IMG/VR virus record: IMGVR_UViG_3300025503_000174
Span: 1-25,346 of that record
DNA from: a virus
Taxonomy: Duplodnaviria > Caudoviricetes
Strand: one strand, 5' to 3'
Length of the DNA: 25,346 nucleotides
Positions 8,376 to 16,289 of the stretch are shown piece after piece (position 1 is the first letter of the stretch; each line of letters starts with the position of its first letter). Made by a program: the position numbers and the translations under genes. A model generated the notes under the pieces. That model was not told the DNA's origin. It searched no databases and saw only the letters and a list, made by a program, of their open reading frames with translations.

Positions 8376-8870
8376 CTAGCCCGCGGTGAGGACGCCGTTG
8401 CGGAGAAAGCCGTGGTAGCTGTCCGTGAGGATCGACCCGGCCCCGGCGCGGCAGGTGTTGCCCGCCTTGTCGACCGTCACCGTGGGCGGGTCGCCGTGGC
8501 GCACCCAGCACCGGTGGAAGCGGTCGTGCGGCAGGTCGCAGTTGCTCGCCCTGGAGTCGACGTCCCAGTGGTGGCCGTCGGGTAGGACGACGTGCAGGTG
8601 CTTGCCGTCGCAGTTGTCCCAGCACCAGCACTTGTCGTCGTGGGCCATGAAGTACATCGCGCCCGGCGTGAGGTCGGACGAGTGCACCCTCTGGCTGCCG
8701 TCGAGGTAGCCCGGACGCCACACGGATACGCGCGTCTGGGCGCTGCAGGTTGGGCAGACGGGCATCGGATCGAGGGGTGCGGGATTGTGCGAGTCGGCCT
8801 GGGCATCCGTGATGGGGAACACCTCGGGGACGCGCTTGTGGGTGTGGTCCTTGGAGCACTCGAGGCTCAC
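8376..8870 (-). CDS. Cys/His-rich conserved phage protein (DUF6527-like C-terminus)
   Basis: CPTC, PGAMYF, W.VDSRASNC, HRCWVRHG.PP..TVDK.G.TC.AGAGSI...YHGFLRNG; start codon uncertain (GTG 8870). Confidence 0.7.
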   Translation of the reverse strand: MSLECSKDHTHKRVPEVFPITDAQADSHNPAPLDPMPVCPTCSAQTRVSVWRPGYLDGSQRVHSSDLTPGAMYFMAHDDKCWCWDNCDGKHLHVVLPDGHHWDVDSRASNCDLPHDRFHRCWVRHGDPPTVTVDKAGNTCRAGAGSILTDSYHGFLRNGVLTAG

Positions 8871-8917
8871 GACCCAACCGGCACGCTCGACGAGGCGGCA
8901 GGGCGTCGCGGGATGGC

Positions 8918-9658
8918 TCAAAGGACGTAGGCCCGCGCTTCCATCAGCAAGTCGGGCCGCTTGAGGTAGGCGAACGGCAGGTAGAAGTGGCCCTGGTCGC
9001 CCCATGCGGTGCCCCATGAGTTGGGGCCGCGCACCCACTGCTCCGCGAGGTTGAATCCCGTCACCTGGAGGGCGTGGCCGCCAAGGTTGCTCTCGCCCGG
9101 CCCAGGCATCGGGATCCGCCCGGTCCGCGCCGCGTCGTCGCCCTCGAACGAGGAGTAGACGGCCACGCCGATCTGCGGGCTATACCCGGCGGCGAGCGCG
9201 TTCAGGATGTCGTCAAGGCCGTTCAGGGCGTAGCCCTGGCTGATCCGGTAGAGGCGCGCGTCGGCCACAACCTGCGGGGTGAGCCGGGTGAGGAAGTCCT
9301 GCGGCGTGTACGGGTCCTCCGCCTCCGGCGGAACCCCGTACTGGAGGAGCGCCGCCTGCGTACAGGCGAGGGTGGCGCCGCTGTCCTGGTCGGGCGTGCC
9401 CTGGATGACGCGCTCCTCCTGGTACAGGCCAGCCGGCGAGAGGACGACACGCTGGCCGGTGTACCCGGCCAGCAGCAGCTCAACGACGCCCGTACCTGAG
9501 AAGGCCGAGCATGAGCCCTCGTCCCCCTGATTGCGGACCGGACCGGCCCATCGGGACAGGTCGATCTCGCTCGAAAGCTGGCCCTGGAACCGCTCGGGCG
9601 CGTCGGCCCAGGCGAGAGCGAGCGGGTTGGGCGCCGAAGCCCTGAGCGGGTAGCGCAC
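8918..9658 (-). CDS. Papain-like cysteine peptidase (family C1A)
   Basis: GAGGAGG RBS; NQGDEGSCSAF (Gln and Cys), GGHA (His), NSWGTAWGDQGHFYL (Asn). Confidence 0.93.
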   Translation of the reverse strand: MRYPLRASAPNPLALAWADAPERFQGQLSSEIDLSRWAGPVRNQGDEGSCSAFSGTGVVELLLAGYTGQRVVLSPAGLYQEERVIQGTPDQDSGATLACTQAALLQYGVPPEAEDPYTPQDFLTRLTPQVVADARLYRISQGYALNGLDDILNALAAGYSPQIGVAVYSSFEGDDAARTGRIPMPGPGESNLGGHALQVTGFNLAEQWVRGPNSWGTAWGDQGHFYLPFAYLKRPDLLMEARAYVL

Positions 9659-9681
9659 GGCGGCACCTCCTCAAACGAATA

Positions 9682-9701
9682 GCCGCCCCCGAAGGGGCGG
9701 C
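9682..9701 (-). other. Stable hairpin with cUUCGg tetraloop (weak terminator or mRNA stabiliser)
   Basis: - strand GCCGCCCC-TTCG-GGGGCGGC followed by TATTCGTTT, between two genes. Confidence 0.6.
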
Positions 9702-9715
9702 CGATGGAGCGGAAC

Positions 9716-10411
9716 CTACCCGACGATCTCCCAGTCGTCGGCAAGCATATCGGTTTGGGAGGCGAGCCACGGCACCAGGCCGTTGTCGGCGGTCTTCATG
9801 GCGATGTAGGAGCGCAGCGTGCCGACGATCTCCGGCGACTCGGCCAGGGTGAACTGATCGGTGACGTACGGGTCGATGAGGAGGAGGAACATCCCCTTGC
9901 CGTTCCAGCCCCAGCGGGCGACCCGGTGACCCGCTCGCAGGGCGCGAATCGCGTCGCCGAAGTCCATCGCGTCGACGTTCGAGGATGCGCGCCTCGCGTG
10001 GTGCAAGGGGGCGGGGTCGCGTCGAACGGGAACGGACGACTCATCCATCGTCCCCCGCGTCGTGGACCCGTCGAGTTCACCGTTGCGCGATGTGTCCTTC
10101 CGATCGGGCGGGACGAAGGGGAGGGTCATCCACCCGCGTTCGTTCAGGATGGCGAGGACGCCGTAGTTGGACAGGTCGCGCCACGAGTCCTCGATCGACT
10201 CGTTGGCCGTCTGTCTGTTCGGATGGTCCCACAGCAGGTTCTTCAGCCGGGCGATCTTGTCCCAGACCCGAACGAAAACGCCCCGGTTGCCCAGGGCGGT
10301 GATGTTAGAGGGGCCGTAGTCGTTCTGCTTTCGGAGCATCAGCGCCCGGTTCTCGGCGAGCACGATGTCCAGGCCCTCGTTGAACGTCCTGGGTTCAGGC
10401 CGGTTCCCCAT
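9716..10411 (-). CDS. DUF1599 (nucleotide-modification-associated) domain fused to DUF2829/Tad2-like domain
   Basis: GAGGAG RBS, ATG 10411; N-terminal KQNDYG...VRVWDKIARL...ESIEDSWRDLSNY; C-terminal MDFGDAIRALRAGHRVARWGWNGKGMFL...VPWLASQTDMLADDW. Confidence 0.85.
   Translation of the reverse strand: MGNRPEPRTFNEGLDIVLAENRALMLRKQNDYGPSNITALGNRGVFVRVWDKIARLKNLLWDHPNRQTANESIEDSWRDLSNYGVLAILNERGWMTLPFVPPDRKDTSRNGELDGSTTRGTMDESSVPVRRDPAPLHHARRASSNVDAMDFGDAIRALRAGHRVARWGWNGKGMFLLLIDPYVTDQFTLAESPEIVGTLRSYIAMKTADNGLVPWLASQTDMLADDWEIVG
9982..10078 (-). repeat. Dispersed ~97-bp element, copy 1 (inverted relative to copies 2 and 3; inside a CDS)
   Basis: - strand GAACTCGACGGGTCCAC-N49-GCCCCCTTGCACCACGCGAGGCGCG. 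Confidence 0.9.
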
Positions 10412-11738
10412 CGTCCCACTCCTCGTCCGTCTCATAGGTCATCGTCGCGCGCACCGAGGCGGGCATCCGCTTGATGTCCAGCTCGATCGGCCGGATCATC
10501 ACCACGCCCTTCTTCGGATGGAGAGACACCAGCCACTGGGTCGGCCGGGTGGCGGCGTGCTTGTTCTGGTAGACGAACGGCGTCGTGGGTGGCAGGGAGC
10601 CGTTGCCGATGATCGCGCCGCTGTACCCGGTCGGGATGTAGAAGGGCCGGTGGAAGTGGCCGATCGACAGAAGGGTGAAGTCGCCCTCCAGGTCTCGGTA
10701 GGACGACGCCATGCGCGTCTGGCCGTAGAAGGGGATGCCCCCCCACCCACCGCCGCCGCGCATGGAGGCGCCGTGCTCGAAGTACACCCTGTGCCCCATG
10801 ACCTCGGTTTCCGCAGCAGCCGTCTCGTGATTGAGCATCGAGACTCGGCCGGCGTCGATGGCGTCCTTGAGCATGAGCCGGGCGATCTCTCCCGCCAGCC
10901 AGTCGAACGAGTCGCCGGGATCAAGCTCATCCAGGCCGGCGTTGCCAGCCTTCATCGACACGCGGCCGTGGTTGCCCGGCACGCCCTCCCAGTCGACGTG
11001 CTGGAAGAACTTCAGGCAGAAGGTGATGAACTCGGCGAGTTCCATTCCCATGTCGCGCGCCTGATGCGTGACGGGGGTGGACTGCCGGTGCTGCGAGGCC
11101 CGCATGTGCGCGCCTTCCACCAGGTCGCCCAGCCCAAGGATCTTGAGGTTGACCCACGGCGTGCGGGCGTTGTGGATCTGCCAGATGCGATAGACGGCCT
11201 GCTGGAGCCGCCGCAGTTGCCACCGGGTCACGGCAGGCGTCTGATGCCACCCGCCGTTCACCCTGGCAGGCGTCTTTTGGCCCAGGTGGGTGTCGCCCAG
11301 GTGCAAGACCGCGGTCTCCTCATCCCAGGTGCCATGCACCTTGGCCTCGGGGATGCGGTCGGGCACCGGCATGGTCAGAATGTCGTCCCTGATGCTCGCC
11401 AGGATCTCCTGCTGGAAGTTGCGCAGGTTGGTGAGCCGCTTCAACTCCCGGACGATCGCGCGGACCCGGGCGCTCTCACGCTGCGCCTCCATGTGTTCGT
11501 CCGCGGTCGTCGGTTTTACCACGACCGGGGCTGGGACAGGGGCCTGCTCCTGCCGCCGCCGGGCATACACCCGCCTCGACACGGCATGCTGGAGGGCGGT
11601 CTTGCGCTTGCGCCAGGTCGGGTCGCCCATCTGCCGGGCGATGTCGTGCCAGCGCATCCGCTCCTGTTCGTGGAGCCTCACGGCCTCGGCGAGCTGTTCG
11701 TCGGTCCACCGCTCGGGGAACGCGGACGCGGGCCTCAA
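10395..11738 (-). CDS. Calcineurin-like metallophosphoesterase with N-terminal HTH-like region
   Basis: DTHLG, GDLVEG, GNHG, EHG and GHFH motifs; N-terminal WTDEQL...WHDIARQMG. Confidence 0.88.
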   Translation of the reverse strand: MRPASAFPERWTDEQLAEAVRLHEQERMRWHDIARQMGDPTWRKRKTALQHAVSRRVYARRRQEQAPVPAPVVVKPTTADEHMEAQRESARVRAIVRELKRLTNLRNFQQEILASIRDDILTMPVPDRIPEAKVHGTWDEETAVLHLGDTHLGQKTPARVNGGWHQTPAVTRWQLRRLQQAVYRIWQIHNARTPWVNLKILGLGDLVEGAHMRASQHRQSTPVTHQARDMGMELAEFITFCLKFFQHVDWEGVPGNHGRVSMKAGNAGLDELDPGDSFDWLAGEIARLMLKDAIDAGRVSMLNHETAAAETEVMGHRVYFEHGASMRGGGGWGGIPFYGQTRMASSYRDLEGDFTLLSIGHFHRPFYIPTGYSGAIIGNGSLPPTTPFVYQNKHAATRPTQWLVSLHPKKGVVMIRPIELDIKRMPASVRATMTYETDEEWDDGEPA

Positions 11739-12151
11739 GGGCCACCCGTCCCGGTCGGAGCATCCACGCTCGATCCCTCCAGGTCATGCAGCTCAGCGAT
11801 GTCGTCCACCTCGGCTCCGTGGGCCTCGGCGATGTCCTCGACCACCGGTTCGAGACGCTCAAGAATCGCCAGCACCGCGCGCATGGTCGTGAGTTGGTTG
11901 GCGAGAAGTCGCCTCTGTAGTTCCGCGGTTCGCGCCGCCTCGGAAGCCGCCACATTCGAGGCGTAGGCCAGGGCCGGTTGGGTGATCGCGCTGTACACCG
12001 TGAGGATGTAGAGCAGCACGAAGCCGTGAGGGTCAAGAACCGGCCGTGCGGCCTCGACCGCGACCCAGACCAATACGGCGACGGTCGTCTGCCACACCGC
12101 GCCAGAGGACGAGAACCAGACCGAGAACCGTCCGATCAGTCGATCGAGCAT
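11735..12151 (-). CDS. DUF1003-like membrane protein
   Basis: Two TM helices around LDPHGFVLLYIL..YSA.TQP, then a coiled coil. Confidence 0.7.
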   Translation of the reverse strand: MLDRLIGRFSVWFSSSGAVWQTTVAVLVWVAVEAARPVLDPHGFVLLYILTVYSAITQPALAYASNVAASEAARTAELQRRLLANQLTTMRAVLAILERLEPVVEDIAEAHGAEVDDIAELHDLEGSSVDAPTGTGGP

Positions 12152-12154
12152 GGG

Positions 12155-12526
12155 CTACAGGCCGAACAGGTGCAGTGCCGCTGACGCCGCGAAGGCGCCG
12201 GCTGAGCCGAGCACCGCGGCTGCCACGACGAAGAGCCACTGGCGCGCGTTCTGCGCGTCGCGGTCCTGCCGCGTCTGTAGGTAGCCGTCCTGTTGGGCTA
12301 GATGCTCGTCCTGCCGGTCCATCCGGGCGTTCAGGGGCTGCACCACGTTGGCTTGGATGAATGCCTGGAGGGCGGCCGTGCTGGCGTCGATCGCCCGGTG
12401 CATGTCCTCCTTGATGGCGCCCATCTCGGCGCGCAGATCGCGCACATCTCCCTCCACGACGCCCACACGTCGGAGCGCCTCGGTGGCCTTATAGGTCAGG
12501 AGCTCCGGCGGATCCACGTCGGCCAT
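12155..12526 (-). CDS. Coiled-coil protein with C-terminal TM helix (XhlA/holin-like)
   Basis: AGGAGG RBS; soluble coiled coil then WLFVVAAAVLGSAG; first gene after the tail module. Confidence 0.7.
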   Translation of the reverse strand: MADVDPPELLTYKATEALRRVGVVEGDVRDLRAEMGAIKEDMHRAIDASTAALQAFIQANVVQPLNARMDRQDEHLAQQDGYLQTRQDRDAQNARQWLFVVAAAVLGSAGAFAASAALHLFGL

Positions 12527-12815
12527 GGTCGGTCAGCCTCCTACGGTCCAGGGTCGGGTTCCGACGATTGCGGCGCAGTTTCCCGAGTCCTCGAATCCGG
12601 GCAAGCACGAGGTGAGAATGGCGCCAGCCGCGGCCCCCCAAACAGCGACGAGGCCACTGCAGGTGCTTTACCTGAGCGGTCTCGTCCTTGTAGGGTCCTT
12701 ATACTGATCGAACTGGGCGTCGAACCTGTTCACACTCAGGGACGGTCGAGCACACCAATGACGCGGTCAGACGCGTATAGTTCGACGCAGAAGCAAGTCA
12801 AGGAGGTAGCGAACG

Positions 12816-13193
12816 ATGAGGGCGTTTGAGACGTTTTTGGACGCCGAGGTGCGCAAACTCCTCCTGCGTGCCATTCCCGACGCGTCGCCGGTGGACGAGT
12901 TTGGGTTGTTTGACCCCCATCCGATCGAAACCTACGTCGACAAGCACGGAATGAACGCCCTTGTACAAGAGATTGAGGTCGACCTGGGCGATGCGAGGAA
13001 CGCGGTCCGCAAGGAGCTCGACGGCCAGGATCCATGGAGCGTCGCTGAGACGATCGCCAGGAAACTACACGCACCCCTGTCGCCGACGAACAAGGCTCCG
13101 CTCCTGGTGACCGACGCCATTCTCGCCGCGTGCGGCTTGACTGACTTGGTGGGAAATCGTGGCGCCGGATGGGTCGAACGCCCCGCTCGTTGA
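12816..13193 (+). CDS. Hypothetical protein, antisense moron
   Basis: AAGGAGG RBS; 125 aa; opposite orientation to the late operon; preceded by ~290 bp of more AT-rich intergenic DNA. Confidence 0.75.
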   Translation: MRAFETFLDAEVRKLLLRAIPDASPVDEFGLFDPHPIETYVDKHGMNALVQEIEVDLGDARNAVRKELDGQDPWSVAETIARKLHAPLSPTNKAPLLVTDAILAACGLTDLVGNRGAGWVERPAR

Positions 13194-13319
13194 GGACGCG
13201 ACCCAGGGAACAGCCTGAAGGTTAGTCGCACGTAGCTCGCGCCGGTGCGCGGTCGTCTGGGCTTAGTCGCGTTGCCCCTCGGCACGGGCCGGCCCTGTAC
13301 GCCAGTCCATCGAGCGCCG

Positions 13320-15434
13320 TTACGACGGCGCGTTGCGGAGGTAGACGTGCGGCCGAACGTACCTGTTCGGCGGCGTGGACGTGGACGACCAGCCGGTGAT
13401 CTGCTGCCAGCCGGGCGACAGCAGGCTCGGGCTCGACTCCCAGACGGTGGTCGCCTGCTGGATGGTGGGGTCGACCGTGGGCACCGCCGCGTAGGTCACC
13501 TCGGGGATCGGCGGGATGGTTGAGAAGGTGGACACGTTGGTGATCGCGCCAGAGCTATTGTCGACGGTGAGCGAGACGACACCCTGATCGGTTGTGGCCT
13601 GGTATTCCGCCGTGCCCACCTGTTCGAGGGGTTGGACGAGCGTGCTGCCGATGATGGGCTGCTCGGGCGGGTCGCGGGGCCACGCGAGCATGTTGGTGGT
13701 GGTCGGCGACTGGTACACCCAGGCGGTGATGCCGCAGCACATCGCCAGGATGTAGCCGTTCACCTGATCGGTCGTCTCGCTCAGGGGTGTCGTGGAGAAG
13801 GCGTAGCACAGGGCCACCGTCTTCACGCCGATCGCCTGAGCGAGCGCGACGCCGCCGACGTACTTCGCCACAAGGTTTTCCCAGCCGACAACCGCGGCCT
13901 CATACTGGTCCGCGTCCGTCGTATAGAAACTCTCGAACAGGTAGTAGTCGGACGGCCCCGCCACCGGGCGCGTGCCCGTGGGATTGTACGTGGCGTCGAC
14001 CGTCGAGCCAAGCGTGTCTGGCGGGTTCCAGCCGTTCATCATGGCCGACAGGCCGAGCGAGTGCGCGTAGGCCACGACCGTGTTCTGGGTCGCCCTCGTC
14101 ACCGCGTAGTCGTACCCGAAGCCGTCGAACATGCACCCCGCGTATCCGGCCTGGGCGCACGCCAGCGTGATCGCGTTGATCTCCGCGATGGTCGGCTGCG
14201 GGCTCACGCCCACGTTGTTGTAGCCGTACACCCGCACGCCCGCCGCGATGAGGCCCTGGAGGAGCTGCTGCCCCCGGGCGGACAGGTTTCCTGCGGGATC
14301 CATCACCACCATGTCGTACTGGGACAGGACAGCGATGGCGTGTTCCACGCTGTCCATTTGGTCGACGTCCTCGGGCGTGCCGTAGAAGAACGCGATGCGC
14401 TCCATGCCGATCGAGCCGCTGGTGATCGCGGTGTCGGCCTCGGCGAACACGTCGAAGGGCGCGCCGATCCACTCCGCGTACTCGGCGGTGCTGGCGCCGG
14501 ATGCGGTGGTGCTGAACACCTCCGCGTCGGACACCGTGACCTGGCCCACCCCGTACCGGGCGAAGATGTAGGCGTAGATCCAGGTGATCGGACCAGCCGC
14601 CGCCGTGTTCGAGGTGGGCATCGCCGTGGAAGTGTCCGTGGGCAGCGAGGTGATCGTGACCGTCAGGGTCTGGCCGCTGACGGTGGCCGTCACCCCGGCC
14701 GAGTTGGCGCCGACGTAGGTGACGGTGCCGTTCAGCGACACCTTGGCATACTGCGCCTCGCCGCCCGAGGCGGTGCCCATGCCCACCAGGATGCCGGTAC
14801 ACCCCACCGCGTAGGGCAGGTCATAGGTGAACTGGACGGCCTGCGCGCCGGCCGAGGTCACTGTGATGGACGCCTCGGAGGTGCCGGGCGTCGTCGTGCC
14901 CTGGTTGTTCACCTCGGCAACGTTGAGGTAGTAGGTCGTCGCGGCAAGGCTCGAGGCTTCGGCCACGAGGCTCGGAGCTAGTGCGGAGGAAGGGTCGGTC
15001 AGGGCTACCGGGTTGGCCGTGACGCTGTACTGGGTGGCCGGGGAAGTGCCGCCCGAGAAGGGCAGCGACACGTCGGCGAGGATGTTCCCGCCACCCAGTC
15101 CGCCCGAGTCGGTGGCGATGAGGTTGATCCCGAAGCCGCCGCCGCTGTTGTCGACGTTCTCCCCGGCCATGACGACGCGGAACGTCACCGGGGCGGGACC
15201 GCTCTGGTCGATGTCGGTCGTCAGGCTCAGGAAGTCGTTGTTGGACGAGGTGTTGTTCACCGTCGCGCTGTCGCCGCTCGCCACCCAGGGGTCCCCGGTC
15301 ACCTGCCAGTAGGTGCTGTCGCCGGGGAAGCTGTCGACGACCGGCTCGGGCGCGAAGGTGATCTGGTTCGACCCGTTCAGGGTGCTGCGGATGTAGGTCG
15401 ACCCGGTCAGTTCAGGGGTAATGTCGACCGCCAA
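13320..15434 (-). CDS. Tail-associated protein with beta-rich N-terminal domains and a TIM-barrel glycoside-hydrolase-like (GH114-like) domain
   Basis: GGGAGG RBS, TTG start; AFFYG, YDMVVMD, VYGY, GYAGCMFDGFGYDY, MMNGW and DYYLFESF strands; follows the fibre genes. Confidence 0.75.
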   Translation of the reverse strand: MAVDITPELTGSTYIRSTLNGSNQITFAPEPVVDSFPGDSTYWQVTGDPWVASGDSATVNNTSSNNDFLSLTTDIDQSGPAPVTFRVVMAGENVDNSGGGFGINLIATDSGGLGGGNILADVSLPFSGGTSPATQYSVTANPVALTDPSSALAPSLVAEASSLAATTYYLNVAEVNNQGTTTPGTSEASITVTSAGAQAVQFTYDLPYAVGCTGILVGMGTASGGEAQYAKVSLNGTVTYVGANSAGVTATVSGQTLTVTITSLPTDTSTAMPTSNTAAAGPITWIYAYIFARYGVGQVTVSDAEVFSTTASGASTAEYAEWIGAPFDVFAEADTAITSGSIGMERIAFFYGTPEDVDQMDSVEHAIAVLSQYDMVVMDPAGNLSARGQQLLQGLIAAGVRVYGYNNVGVSPQPTIAEINAITLACAQAGYAGCMFDGFGYDYAVTRATQNTVVAYAHSLGLSAMMNGWNPPDTLGSTVDATYNPTGTRPVAGPSDYYLFESFYTTDADQYEAAVVGWENLVAKYVGGVALAQAIGVKTVALCYAFSTTPLSETTDQVNGYILAMCCGITAWVYQSPTTTNMLAWPRDPPEQPIIGSTLVQPLEQVGTAEYQATTDQGVVSLTVDNSSGAITNVSTFSTIPPIPEVTYAAVPTVDPTIQQATTVWESSPSLLSPGWQQITGWSSTSTPPNRYVRPHVYLRNAPS

Positions 15435-15446
15435 GCGCGCACCTCC

Positions 15447-16277
15447 CTACCAGATGATCGTGATGCTACCGGGCGCGCCGTCGCCGCCCGGCTGACCACC
15501 CGCCTCGGAACCGCCTCCACCCCCGCTGGGAGCCGACGCGGCAGCGGGTGTGCCTGCTCCGAACGAGCCGTTCCCTCCTGCGGGAAGGGTGCCGCTCGCT
15601 GGACCGCCGTTGAACCCGTTGGCGTCGCCCCCGGGGCCAGCCCCACCACCGCCCTGTTCGTCCTGACCGGGATAACCCTGGGTTTGGGCCGCGAACACGC
15701 CTGCGCCGATACCGTTGACTCCCGCTCCTCCCGGCACGGTGCCGCTACTCGACCCGCCGAGTCCCCCAAGGCCGCCGCCCGCGTAGGTGTTTGCGGCGGC
15801 GTTCAGCCAGGTGTTCTCGCCGTTCGCGCCGTCGTTGCCGTTGCCACTGACCACCCCTGCGCCACCTACGCCACCCGCTCCGACGTGGCCGGTGATGGCG
15901 ACACCGGGGGTGCACTCGATCCACTGGGCGACGAGGCCGCCGCCGCCACCGCCGCCTGCCTGCACGCCGTCCCCGAAACTGCCGCCCCCTCCACCACCAG
16001 CTCGGAGCACAGCGAGCGCACGGGTAACGCCCTCGCCCGGCGTCCACGAGATGTCGCCGGGCGTGTCGAAGACCACGCTTCCCCCGGTTGGAGAGAGGGC
16101 GGCGACACTCGAGACGTACCCCGGCCCGGCGCTGTCGCCCGGTTCGAGGGTCACGTCGCCAAGGAGCGGCATCGTTCCGGTAGCACCCATTCCCGCGAGC
16201 CCGCTGCTGAACGTCACGCCATCCTCCACCTCGGCCGCCGTCGCGTTGCCCGGAACGGCGATGCCTCCGACCGACAT
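15447..16277 (-). CDS. Glycine-rich tail fibre/spike-associated protein
   Basis: GNATAAEV..G.TFSS...GTMP N-terminus; AGGGGGG / GGGGGG / VGAGG / GAPGSITIIW glycine-rich domain. Confidence 0.85.
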   Translation of the reverse strand: MSVGGIAVPGNATAAEVEDGVTFSSGLAGMGATGTMPLLGDVTLEPGDSAGPGYVSSVAALSPTGGSVVFDTPGDISWTPGEGVTRALAVLRAGGGGGGSFGDGVQAGGGGGGGLVAQWIECTPGVAITGHVGAGGVGGAGVVSGNGNDGANGENTWLNAAANTYAGGGLGGLGGSSSGTVPGGAGVNGIGAGVFAAQTQGYPGQDEQGGGGAGPGGDANGFNGGPASGTLPAGGNGSFGAGTPAAASAPSGGGGGSEAGGQPGGDGAPGSITIIW

Positions 16278-16289
16278 GCCCTGTCCCCC

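Noticed and set aside
8329-8877. N-terminal 183-aa extension of the endolysin ORF
   Set aside because: Overlaps the 8376-8870 gene in another frame; a good RBS and the GH25 start are at 8328
15447-16010. CCG/GCC-rich quasi-repeats
   Set aside because: Explained by glycine codons of the Gly-rich tail protein
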